Positions 1-8,087 of a stretch of 27,059 nucleotides of DNA are shown piece by piece. The position numbers and the translations under genes are program-made. The notes under the pieces are model-generated. The model saw only the letters and a list, made by a program, of their open reading frames with translations. It searched no databases and had not been told where the DNA came from. Position 1 is the first letter of the stretch, and the number at the start of each line of letters is the position of its first letter. The DNA is from Elusimicrobiota bacterium. GTDB lineage: Bacteria; Elusimicrobiota; Elusimicrobia; UBA1565; JACRDR01. The stretch spans positions 1-27,059 of the forward strand of contig JBGFSC010000015.1 in the NCBI GenBank assembly GCA_041694815.1, written 5' to 3'.

Positions 1-119
1 AGAAACCTTGCTTGAGCGAGCCTCGCTTTTCGATCTGCTCCACCTCAACCCCAAAAGGCTCGACCGCCTCAGGCGTCAAGACCTCCAGCTATGCCTCCAA
101 CTTTAACCGGACAGGAGTG
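1..119 (+). mobile_element. 3' end of an IS4-family insertion sequence (transposase tail plus right inverted repeat)
   Basis: Frame 2 is open from the window edge (ETLLERASLFDLLHLNPKRLDRLRRQDLQLCLQL, TAA at 104-106) and resembles IS4 transposase C-termini. TTTAACCGGACAGGAGTG (102-119) is the exact reverse complement of 26943-26960. Confidence 0.8.
2..106 (+). CDS. IS4-family transposase, C-terminal fragment (partial at window edge)
   Basis: Open frame from position 2 to a TAA lying inside the right inverted repeat; not in the ORF track. Confidence 0.7.
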   Translation, partial: ETLLERASLFDLLHLNPKRLDRLRRQDLQLCLQL

Positions 120-134
120 ATCGCGGAGTTAAAC

Positions 135-434
135 TCAAGGCTTGTGAATTCGCAGCTCCGTCCGAACGCGACTCGAGATTCTCTCAAAGGACTCGGATAC
201 CGGGGCTTTTTGATCCATGATCCTTCGGATCATTCGACGTTCCATGTATTTCGCGGCGCCCTTTGGGACATATCCACGGCGGCGGGGCCGCCCCGGAGCT
301 GGAGCGACGACGGCGGCGTCGAAGTATGGCTCATGGGCTTCGCTCGGCGGCGCGGCGAGGGCAAGCTGTTGCCTAAAAGCTGAAGCAAGGCCCGGGGAAG
401 GTTCTCCGGGCCCTCGAGCCGGCAGGACTCCCAT
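135..434 (-). CDS. possible small hypothetical protein
   Basis: ORF filling the gap between the IS end and the brnT promoter (ATG at 434; the track starts it at 440). No recognisable motif; may be spurious. Confidence 0.25.
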   Translation of the reverse strand: MGVLPARGPGEPSPGLASAFRQQLALAAPPSEAHEPYFDAAVVAPAPGRPRRRGYVPKGAAKYMERRMIRRIMDQKAPVSESFERISSRVRTELRIHKP

Positions 435-470
435 TGACAATAGCTATTAAATAGCTATAATATAGTTATT
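434..470 (+). promoter_or_regulatory. sigma70 promoter of the TA operon overlaid with three palindromic operator boxes
   Basis: TTGACA (434-439), 16 bp spacer, TATAAT (456-461). ATAGCTAT at 440 and 451, ATAGTTAT at 462 (11-bp period). Confidence 0.85.
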
Positions 471-471
471 A

Positions 472-822
472 GTGAAACTGGCTCCTGACCCAGCGGCGGC
501 CTTATGGTTGAGCGAGTATATACCTGAGAATGGAAACTTCGATTGGGACAAAGGCAATCGCGGGAAAAGCAGCAAGAAGCATGGCGTTAGTGATGAAGAG
601 ATCGAATCAATTTTCATGCAGAAGGAATTCATCTTTGCCGGCAGGATCGTGCAGCCAGTCCACGAAGAGTGGCGCGGGATCGTTCTTGGGCAAACAGCGG
701 ACGGAAAGTTGTTGGCGCTCATTTTTACGCGCCGAGGCGAGAAATTGCGTCCGATCTCATGTCGTCCAATGAGAGAAGGGGAAAGGAGGGTTTATGAAGC
801 TGGCATCCAAGCGCAGAGCTAA
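472..822 (+). CDS. brnT: BrnT-family ribonuclease toxin
   Basis: FDWDKGN..K...KHGVS..EIESIF and GIVLG.T..GKLLALIFTRRGEKLRPISCRPMREGERRVY follow the BrnT (DUF497) pattern; toxin-first order. Confidence 0.9.
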   Translation: MKLAPDPAAALWLSEYIPENGNFDWDKGNRGKSSKKHGVSDEEIESIFMQKEFIFAGRIVQPVHEEWRGIVLGQTADGKLLALIFTRRGEKLRPISCRPMREGERRVYEAGIQAQS

Positions 823-1042
823 AGACTTGCAGTTACGAGAATTTGAAAAGAAAGATTTGGGTCGTGAGATCGCGCAAAGCCGCTCGGCGGTTATGGTGCG
901 CCCACGAAGCCGCCAGATGCCCACGTCAATACTGCTCGATCCCGCCATCATTGACAAGCTCAAAGATAAGGCCGCAAAGCGGGGAATTGGCTACCAAACC
1001 ATGCTCAAGATAATCGTGCATGAGCATGTCGACGATTATTGA
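794..1042 (+). CDS. brnA: BrnA/CopG-type ribbon-helix-helix antitoxin
   Basis: C-terminal TSILLDPAIIDKLKDKAAKRGIGYQTMLKIIVHE (GxxYQT RHH motif); SD AGGAGG; overlaps brnT. Confidence 0.85.
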   Translation: MKLASKRRAKDLQLREFEKKDLGREIAQSRSAVMVRPRSRQMPTSILLDPAIIDKLKDKAAKRGIGYQTMLKIIVHEHVDDY

Positions 1043-1096
1043 TGAGTAACGAGTTTTTCATCCGACGATTGAAAAAGCTAGTATTTTTCTTGTAAA

Positions 1097-1171
1097 GCCC
1101 CGATAGCTTAACGGATAAAGCATCCGCCTTCGGAGCGGATGATCGAGGTTCGATTCCTCGTCGGGGCACCA
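1097..1171 (+). tRNA. tRNA-Arg (anticodon TCG)
   Basis: Cloverleaf: GCCCCGA/TCGGGGC acceptor, GCTT/AAGC D stem, TCCGC-CTTCGGA-GCGGA anticodon arm, CGAGG-TTCGATT-CCTCG T arm, encoded CCA. Confidence 0.97.
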
Positions 1172-1221
1172 GGCTTTGATTATTTAGTAGGCGACGGAGT
1201 CAGGAAGACATCGCCGCGCGT

Positions 1222-1881
1222 TTATAGTTTGAATCGATCGTCGGCTGATTCCGTATCGGGATACTCATCGATGGTAGCCGTGGGCTCGCTTAAGGCTCGA
1301 GACCATTTCCGCCTATTGTTCTTTCGTTGATAGGCCAGCAGCGCCTCGTTATAGGCCCTTTTCTCTTGACCGTCTTTTCTCTTTCCCAGCGCGCGCCCGA
1401 CCATGCTGCCGGCTCGAATGCCAAAGGAAAAGCCAAAGATCGACGCTGCGAAGACGAGGCCCAATGCGAGGAAGAATAAGATAAAAGGATGGAGGAGGAT
1501 GGGGCTAATAGAATTCCCGTGGCTGATGGATTGATTCAAATGATGAGGAAAGTACAGCAATCCGGCGATATAGGGCCCCACCGACCCGATGATCCACCCC
1601 AGTACCGAACCTTTTTCCTCGTACTTGCTCTCCCAGTGAAATGGGATGGGGGGTTTCGGGGCGCCTGGAGCATTCGCAGGCGACTGAGCCAGGAAAGCGC
1701 GCGAGCCTATTGCCGGAGCATTCGGTGTTTCCGCGCTGGGCCGCGTCGCGGTGGTCTGCGGCGCCGTCGCGTCAAAGAGCGTCGATGATTCCGCTTTTAG
1801 TTTTTCCGCGTCCTGCGGCTCCGAGCCAAGGGCCTGGGCGGCCAACGCCGTTGAAATAAAAACTAACGCCCAAAAGCGCAT
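1222..1881 (-). CDS. hypothetical membrane protein with signal peptide
   Basis: N-terminal signal-like MRFWALVFISTALAAQALG, Pro/Ala-rich linker, two hydrophobic segments, basic C-terminus. Confidence 0.7.
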   Translation of the reverse strand: MRFWALVFISTALAAQALGSEPQDAEKLKAESSTLFDATAPQTTATRPSAETPNAPAIGSRAFLAQSPANAPGAPKPPIPFHWESKYEEKGSVLGWIIGSVGPYIAGLLYFPHHLNQSISHGNSISPILLHPFILFFLALGLVFAASIFGFSFGIRAGSMVGRALGKRKDGQEKRAYNEALLAYQRKNNRRKWSRALSEPTATIDEYPDTESADDRFKL

Positions 1882-1964
1882 GACTCAAGTATTCTGGCCT
1901 TTTTGGTTGCCCGCCTGAGTCGAGTGGGGTGGGCTAGGCCAGGACCAAAGACCTAGTTTGTCGC

Positions 1965-2375
1965 TTATCTGTCGGGCACCGGCGTGACGAATTCCTTGAC
2001 CTTGGCGCAGAGCCTCGTCACGTCGAGCGGCTTGGTCAGGTAGCTGTTGGCGCCGAGGCTTAGGGCCTTCTCGATGTCCTTGATCTTGTCGAGCCCGGTG
2101 AGCATCACGACCGGCACCTTCGCGGTGGCCGGGTTGGCCCGGATCGCCGCGCAAGCCTGAAAGCCCGACATATGCGGCATCTCCACGTCGAGCAGGATCA
2201 GGTCCGGGATTTCCTTGAAAACGATCGGGAGCCCCTCCTGGGGGCTGTCGGCGCTCATCACCTCGAAGCCGACCCCGCTCAATATGTCTCGCACCAGCAT
2301 CCCGTTGACCGCGTCGTCATCGATGTGCACGATCAGCGGTTTGGAGCGCTTGGCCTTGGAGCCGAATCCGAACAC
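1965..2375 (-). CDS. single-domain response regulator (CheY-like receiver)
   Basis: HIDDD, PDLILLDVEMPHMSG, VVMLTG, YLTKP. Start placed at GTG 2375 (MFGFGSK...); the track's TTG 2411 is an alternative. Confidence 0.9.
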   Translation of the reverse strand: MFGFGSKAKRSKPLIVHIDDDAVNGMLVRDILSGVGFEVMSADSPQEGLPIVFKEIPDLILLDVEMPHMSGFQACAAIRANPATAKVPVVMLTGLDKIKDIEKALSLGANSYLTKPLDVTRLCAKVKEFVTPVPDR

Positions 2376-2419
2376 GGGATCATTAAGGCATTTTTCGGCG
2401 GAATCTGGCAACGCCGCAC

Positions 2420-2448
2420 TGGCGGGATCACCGCGCCCGCCCTATAAT
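2420..2448 (+). promoter_or_regulatory. putative sigma70 promoter for the HEAT-peptidase-PorV operon
   Basis: TATAAT at 2443-2448 with weak -35 TGGCGG at 17 bp spacing. Confidence 0.5.
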
Positions 2449-2480
2449 CGTTTTCGCGGGGTCCAATTTCCTTAATTTTC

Positions 2481-3635
2481 ATGAAATCTTTTTGTAAATT
2501 CTCCAGTCCATCCTTAAGCATCATCCAACTGCTCCTCGCCGTTTCCCTGGCCCACGCGGCCGATCCGGCGCCTGCCACTACTAAGGATAAGGCGCAGCAG
2601 CGCTATCAATTGGGAATGCGCGCCGTCGGCCTGTTGCGCGCTGCCGGAAAGCACGAGGACCCGGAGGTCCGCGCGCTGGTGATGGAGCAATGGGGGGAAA
2701 TCCGCAATCCCGCGGCGGCGGTTTTGCTTAAGCCGGCGCTCGCCGACGCCAACCCCTACGTACGCATCGCGGCGGCCAGTAGCCTGCGTCTGCTCGGCGA
2801 CCTGTCGGGTCGCAAGGCCCTGGAGGGGGTCGCCCTCGAGAAACCCGCGAAAGAGGCGAAGAGGGGAAAGAAGCCCTCGGAGGCTTTCAAGGCTCTCGAG
2901 GAGATGCGCGCCATCGCGAAAAGCAAGGTACGGGCGGCGGCCATCCGAGCGCTCGGCCGCATGGACTCTCCCGATCTTGAGCCCTTGCTGCGGCAGGCGA
3001 AGGGGGACACGTCGGGATTGGTGCGCGACGCGGCGGCCGTCGCCTTGGCGAGGCTGGGAAGCGAGGAGGAGGCGGCCGGATTCATCGAGGCGCTTAAGGA
3101 CCCTGACGACGGGGTGAGGCTCAGCGCGGTGCGCGCGCTCGGCGAGATCGGAGGGACCTCGGCGGTCGCTTCGCTCAAGAGCCTGGCCTCCGACCCATCG
3201 GCCACGATCCGGGCCGCGTTGATGCAGTCTTTGGGAATGATCGCCGACCCCACGGCGATCCCTGAGCTGCGCGCGGGCTTAGACGATGATAATGAACTCG
3301 TCCGAGCCAAGGCCATCGAGGCCTTAAGCCGCCTGGATGACACCGCCGCCGTGGGGCTGCTCCAGGAGGCCAAGGAAAAATCCAAGAATGCCTACCTGCA
3401 GCTCATGGCATTGCGGGGCTTAGCCAGAATCGGCCAACCGGTGGAGTTCGCCCTGGTGCAGCGTAGCCTCTCGCAGTCCGACAGCGACACCCGGCTTTTG
3501 GCCGTCGAGACCCTGGAGGCGGCTGGCGGCGAGGGCGCGGAGGGCATACTCGAGTTCGCGCTGGGGGACGCCGACATGCGCGTGCGGGTGCGCGCCGCCT
3601 CGGCCTTGGTCAAGCTGCTGCGGAGAAAATCATGA
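2481..3635 (+). CDS. HEAT/PBS-lyase repeat protein, probably exported
   Basis: Repeated L.D....VR..A..AL..LG units; N-terminal hydrophobic segment ending AHA; ATGA overlap with the next gene. Confidence 0.9.
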   Translation: MKSFCKFSSPSLSIIQLLLAVSLAHAADPAPATTKDKAQQRYQLGMRAVGLLRAAGKHEDPEVRALVMEQWGEIRNPAAAVLLKPALADANPYVRIAAASSLRLLGDLSGRKALEGVALEKPAKEAKRGKKPSEAFKALEEMRAIAKSKVRAAAIRALGRMDSPDLEPLLRQAKGDTSGLVRDAAAVALARLGSEEEAAGFIEALKDPDDGVRLSAVRALGEIGGTSAVASLKSLASDPSATIRAALMQSLGMIADPTAIPELRAGLDDDNELVRAKAIEALSRLDDTAAVGLLQEAKEKSKNAYLQLMALRGLARIGQPVEFALVQRSLSQSDSDTRLLAVETLEAAGGEGAEGILEFALGDADMRVRVRAASALVKLLRRKS

Positions 3636-6600
3636 GGTGGTCATTATCCCTTGCGTTTCTGCTTTGCTCGTTGACGCCGCAGACCTTCGCCTTCCGCGGC
3701 GCCCTCGAGGACTCGCGCTCGGAGGCCCGGCGATTCGGGCTCGACCGCCCTGAGCCGGCCTCGCCTAGGACGGGATCTCCGGACGCGCGGGCGCTGGCCC
3801 GCTTCAACACCCTCCGCTCGAAAGGGGCATCTATCCGCACCTCGCCGAGTGGAACGATTTCTTCCATCGCGGGCCCCCTTTCGGAGGCTCGGGGAGGCTC
3901 GGCACAAGAGATCGCGGCGGCCTTCCTGGTCGCCAACCACGAGCTCTTGCGGATTGATCCGGACGAGCTGGAATTGGAACGCTCCAATACGATGGCGGGA
4001 GGAAGTCACCTCCTGTACCGACAGCGGCACAAGGGGGTGCCGGTTGAATTTTCGCGAGTGAAAATACACCTTTCGGAGCGCGGGGAGGTGCTCGGATTCC
4101 AATCCTCCTATGTCCCGGGGATCGATTTGCCCGCCGTCCCGACGCTCTCCGCCCAACAGGCCGCGCGAGCCGCCTCCGCCGATGGGGGCGGAGGTGCCGA
4201 GGGAGGGTCCCTCGTTTACCTGCCGCTATACAAGAACGGCGAGCTGCGCCTGGCCTGGAAGTTCAAGACGCACGGGGCCCGGCGGTTGTGGGTCTACTAC
4301 GTCGACGCGCATAGCGGCGAGATATTGTTCCGCTACGATGAGCTGCGCTACGCCTGCCCCTCGGGGACGTCGGGGACGGTGACCGGCGAGGTGTTCGACA
4401 TCGATCCCACCAGCACGCCGGTGCAGGTGCGCCCTATCCCGCATCAGAAGGTCTACATGTACAACGCGGCGATGAGCACCTACGCCGTTACGGGCCTCGA
4501 CGGCTCCTTCTGCAACACGGGCACCTCCGGCAAGATATTCACCTCCCTCCAGGGCCCTTACGCGCGCGTAGCTCATTTCCAAAAGGGCTCAATGCTCTAC
4601 GACAACGGGGGCGGGAGCTGGTTCTCCGCCGCCTCGCCGGTGTCGACCCCGCACCCCTACCCCAACGGTGCCGCGCCCAACTCCTCTGTGTTCGTCGGAA
4701 CGCCCGCCGTCGCCGCGCCTCCGACGCCGCAATTTCCACCCGGCTCCATCGCCGTGCGCATGCTGCCGCACTTCTCCTCCTTCGCGGTGGGCAGCCTCAG
4801 CAGCGTAGACGGGGAGATTCTCGACGACGACCAAGCGCAGATCCTCGACGCCGACGGCGAGGCCGTCGCCTCCTATGTGGGCAACCGTTCGGCCTTCGTC
4901 GCGGCGGGCGTGCAGGGCTGCCTGGCCTGCGACCAGGCCGCAGGCAAGCCACCCCTGCGCGTGCTTCTTAGGGCGTCCGCCAGCGGCCAACAGCAGGGCT
5001 TCGACATCGACGTCTCAAGCTTCATGGTGCTCACCAACGCGCCGACCGTGGCGGCCAATCCCTCCAACGTCTTTTGGGCCGGCGCCGGCTCGGCCGACGG
5101 CACGCGCGACGAGATAAACGTCTTCTACCACCTCAACGCGATGCACGACTACTTCATCAACGGCGTCAACCGCTCCAGCGCCGCCGCCATCTCCGTGCCG
5201 GTCGCGGCGATGGTGCATTTCGGGCCGAACCTGGCCAACGCCTTCTTCAATCCGGAGCAGGGCAACTTCGCCTTCGGGGACGTGGGCGGGGGCATCGCCC
5301 TCGACGCCACGGTGATCCGACACGAGTACACGCATTTCGTCATCGATAAAATCTACCCGATCATCAATTTCGGCCAGTTCGGCGCCATATCGGAGGCGCT
5401 CGCCGATTATTTCGCCGGCAGCTCGCTCAACAATCCCTCCATCGGCAAGTACGTGTCCGGCTCCTTCGGGTCGGAGACCTCCTTACGCGAGCTCGCCTGC
5501 GCCCCACTGGGCGGCGGCACCTGCGCCAAATTCCCCCAGAACTGGAACGGTCAGATCCATGCCGACAGCCTGCCCTTGAGCCAGGCCTTCTGGGAGATCC
5601 GCAACGCCAAGGGCGCCGCTTGCGCCGACGGGTTGGTCTTCCAATCGTTGTTTTATTACCCCGAGAGCTTTCAGGAGTTCTACGACGCCTTGATCGCGGC
5701 GGACCATCTCAACCTAGTGGCCGAATGCGGAGGGTCGGGCGCCGCCAAAACCGCCATCCAGACGGCCTTCGCCGCCCATTTCTCCTTCACGCTGGCCGAC
5801 GCCTTCGAGCCCAACGACGGAGGACAATCGGCGACCGACATCTCGACGCGCCCCTCCGTCAGCGCCGCGATCAGCCCGGCCGGCGATACCGACTACTACA
5901 CCTTCGGCGCCGGGCCGGGTAGCATCCGGGCGGTGCTGTCGCTGCCCCGCGCGACCTCCGTCTCGTATTACGCCTACTCCCTGAGCCTCATCGACCGGCA
6001 GCTCAACGTGTTGGCCCAGGCGGATCCCGTCGTCGACATCAATCCCACCGGCGGGGGGCTCTGCCCGAACAGCGACTGCCAGACCTCGCAAAGCCAGGTG
6101 GTGCTCAGCTACGCCAACCCCGCCGCGGGCAAGTTCTTCCTGCGCGTCAGCGCGGCCCCGACCGATGGGGGCTCGAACTCGGGCACCCAATCGACCGTTC
6201 CCTACGGTCTGGCCGTCGATTGGCCGCGCTCGGGAGCCGTTTCCGGGGAGGTGGTCTCGGCGGTCTACGATCAGGACAATATCCAGTTCTCCGTTGCGGT
6301 CACCAGCTTCTCCGCCTTCCAGGATTATTCCTTCGCCTACGCGCAATTGCGCGACCAGTCCATGAACGTGCTGCCCCAGACGCAGACCAACGGGGCCAGC
6401 CCGTACCTTAACGTCGTCGGCCTCCCGTCGAGTTCGGGAGGAAGGATCACCGGGACCGTCAGCCTCTCTCCCGGATTCGCCGCGCGATTCCCCTCGGTCG
6501 GCACCATCCATCTGGAGATTTTCGGCAAGAACAGGCTCCAGGCGGCCGGAGCGGCGCAGGCGGCCGACTCCTTGGGGCTCTCGCAGGCATTGACGCTGGC

Positions 6601-6895
6601 CGGCTCGGGTTCCCCGGGTCTGACGGCGTGGAATAACATCTTCAATCCGAACCAAGGCCAGAAGGCGACCTTCAAGTACGAGACGTCCTCGGCCGGGCGC
6701 GTGCGCTTGAAGCTCTACACGATGGGCGGCACCTTGGTCAGCACCATCCTCGACGCGGACATGCCGGCCGGCAAGGGCTCGGTCGACTGGGCCGGCAAGA
6801 ACATGGCCGGCTCGGTCGTCGCCAGCGGCGTCTATCTGCTGCACCTCGAAGGCCCGGGCGTCGACGCCGTCGAGAAGGTGATCGTGGTGAAATGA
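3632..6895 (+). CDS. secreted zinc metallopeptidase (thermolysin M4 / fungalysin M36-like) with FTP/PepSY-like propeptide, PPC-like domain and C-terminal FlgD-Ig (T9SS CTD-like) domain
   Basis: Signal peptide; YRQRHKGVPV (FTP); LRLAW...YYVDAHSGEIL (PepSY); NAFF; HEYTH (5321-5335); AISEALADYF; QIHADS; DAFEPND...GDTDYYTF; NIFNP...VRLKLYTMGG...WAGKNMAGSVVASGVYLL...KVIVVK. Confidence 0.88.
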   Translation: MRWSLSLAFLLCSLTPQTFAFRGALEDSRSEARRFGLDRPEPASPRTGSPDARALARFNTLRSKGASIRTSPSGTISSIAGPLSEARGGSAQEIAAAFLVANHELLRIDPDELELERSNTMAGGSHLLYRQRHKGVPVEFSRVKIHLSERGEVLGFQSSYVPGIDLPAVPTLSAQQAARAASADGGGGAEGGSLVYLPLYKNGELRLAWKFKTHGARRLWVYYVDAHSGEILFRYDELRYACPSGTSGTVTGEVFDIDPTSTPVQVRPIPHQKVYMYNAAMSTYAVTGLDGSFCNTGTSGKIFTSLQGPYARVAHFQKGSMLYDNGGGSWFSAASPVSTPHPYPNGAAPNSSVFVGTPAVAAPPTPQFPPGSIAVRMLPHFSSFAVGSLSSVDGEILDDDQAQILDADGEAVASYVGNRSAFVAAGVQGCLACDQAAGKPPLRVLLRASASGQQQGFDIDVSSFMVLTNAPTVAANPSNVFWAGAGSADGTRDEINVFYHLNAMHDYFINGVNRSSAAAISVPVAAMVHFGPNLANAFFNPEQGNFAFGDVGGGIALDATVIRHEYTHFVIDKIYPIINFGQFGAISEALADYFAGSSLNNPSIGKYVSGSFGSETSLRELACAPLGGGTCAKFPQNWNGQIHADSLPLSQAFWEIRNAKGAACADGLVFQSLFYYPESFQEFYDALIAADHLNLVAECGGSGAAKTAIQTAFAAHFSFTLADAFEPNDGGQSATDISTRPSVSAAISPAGDTDYYTFGAGPGSIRAVLSLPRATSVSYYAYSLSLIDRQLNVLAQADPVVDINPTGGGLCPNSDCQTSQSQVVLSYANPAAGKFFLRVSAAPTDGGSNSGTQSTVPYGLAVDWPRSGAVSGEVVSAVYDQDNIQFSVAVTSFSAFQDYSFAYAQLRDQSMNVLPQTQTNGASPYLNVVGLPSSSGGRITGTVSLSPGFAARFPSVGTIHLEIFGKNRLQAAGAAQAADSLGLSQALTLAGSGSPGLTAWNNIFNPNQGQKATFKYETSSAGRVRLKLYTMGGTLVSTILDADMPAGKGSVDWAGKNMAGSVVASGVYLLHLEGPGVDAVEKVIVVK

Positions 6896-6896
6896 G

Positions 6897-8045
6897 GTGC
6901 TGAACCTGCTTTTCGCCGCCTTGGCCTCGCTTGCCGCCGCGCTTTGCGCCGGCGAGAACCCCGGCGTGACGGCCGTGCCCCTGCTGCAGGAGCCGGTCGG
7001 AGCCAAGGCCGTCGGCCTGGGCACCGCGTTCAGCGCGGTGGCCTCCGACGTGTCGATCCTGCATTACAACCCGGCGGGGCTCTCGAATCTCGATCACCGC
7101 GAGGCCAGCGCCATGTATTTGGGCGGGAGAGTCGATCAAAACGTCGAGTACGCGGCCATCGGCGGGCCGCTGCCCTTCGGGGGGCTTTCCGGCTCGGGGT
7201 ACGCGGCGGGGGGCGCCTCGCTGCTCTTGTCGCAGAACGGCCGCATCAACGTCAACCGCACCAACGCCGACGGATCTTTCGCCGGCAGCCAGAGCCTCGA
7301 CGCCGGAGGGGACATGGTCGCGACCTTCGGCTACTCCGAACGGGTGGGCTTCAACGATTGGGAGGGCGTCGATTCGAACGCGCGCTTTCACCACTTCGCC
7401 GGCCTTTCAGGCAAGTTCATACGCTCGACGCTGGCGCCTTCCTACGAGGCGCACGCCTTCGCGGCGGATATGGGGTATTTCATGCGCTCCCCTGAGCTCG
7501 GAGTGAGCGCCGCGGCGTCGCTGCTCAACCTGGGGGGGAAGATGCGCTTCATCAGCGAGGGGGACCCGCTTCCGCTGACCCTGCGCGCGGCGACGGCCTA
7601 CCATAGGAAGCTGCCGGGACCGACGGAGCACGGCCTGCTGTCCGCATTGGAATGGGATTACAATTACTACGAGCGGCGATGGTCCGCAGCGGCGGGACTC
7701 GAATATCAATGGCTCGAGTCTTGGGCGACGCGCGTCGGCTATCAATTCCGCCGCGGCCTGGCGGGCCTCACGGTGGGGTTCGGAGTCCGTTGGGGGGCCG
7801 TCGTGCTCGATTACGCCTGGGCGATGAGCCGGCACTTGGGGGACATGCACCGTTTCAGCTTCGGCTTCCGTTTCGGCCGAGTCCCGCTCAAGGAACGGGA
7901 GAAGGGCCGCAGGCGCGTCATCGAGAGCGTGCCGGAGCACGAGCCGCTCAAGGGGCTCGAGCAGAGAAAGCCCGAGCCGCCGGAAATGCCGCGGCGGGAA
8001 TTCAAGATGGAACGTTCCGACGGCGTTCCCGATTGGATATATTAG
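6897..8045 (+). CDS. PorV/PorQ-family (FadL-like) outer-membrane beta-barrel protein
   Basis: Signal peptide, GAKAVGLGTAFSAVASDVSILHYNPAGL signature, NLG.KMRF....DPLP, barrel end LDYAW....LGDMHRFSFGFRF, then a charged tail. Confidence 0.85.
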   Translation: MLNLLFAALASLAAALCAGENPGVTAVPLLQEPVGAKAVGLGTAFSAVASDVSILHYNPAGLSNLDHREASAMYLGGRVDQNVEYAAIGGPLPFGGLSGSGYAAGGASLLLSQNGRINVNRTNADGSFAGSQSLDAGGDMVATFGYSERVGFNDWEGVDSNARFHHFAGLSGKFIRSTLAPSYEAHAFAADMGYFMRSPELGVSAAASLLNLGGKMRFISEGDPLPLTLRAATAYHRKLPGPTEHGLLSALEWDYNYYERRWSAAAGLEYQWLESWATRVGYQFRRGLAGLTVGFGVRWGAVVLDYAWAMSRHLGDMHRFSFGFRFGRVPLKEREKGRRRVIESVPEHEPLKGLEQRKPEPPEMPRREFKMERSDGVPDWIY

Positions 8046-8052
8046 GGCGCGC

Positions 8053-8081
8053 TTGCAAGGCGCTTCGACAGCTGTTACACT
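8053..8081 (+). promoter_or_regulatory. sigma70 promoter, probably giving a leaderless HNH mRNA
   Basis: TTGCAA (8053-8058), 17 bp spacer, TACACT (8076-8081) with TG extension; ATG at 8088. Confidence 0.7.
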
Positions 8082-8087
8082 ATGAGC

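Noticed and set aside
12..450. Plus-strand ORFs 12-383 and 217-450
   Set aside because: The first crosses the IS boundary and the second runs into the TA promoter; neither has recognisable motifs.
1097..1171. Prophage or ICE attachment site at the tRNA
   Set aside because: No integrase and no second copy of the tRNA 3' end seen.
1139..1330. 63-aa ORF
   Set aside because: Begins inside the tRNA and overlaps the opposite-strand gene.
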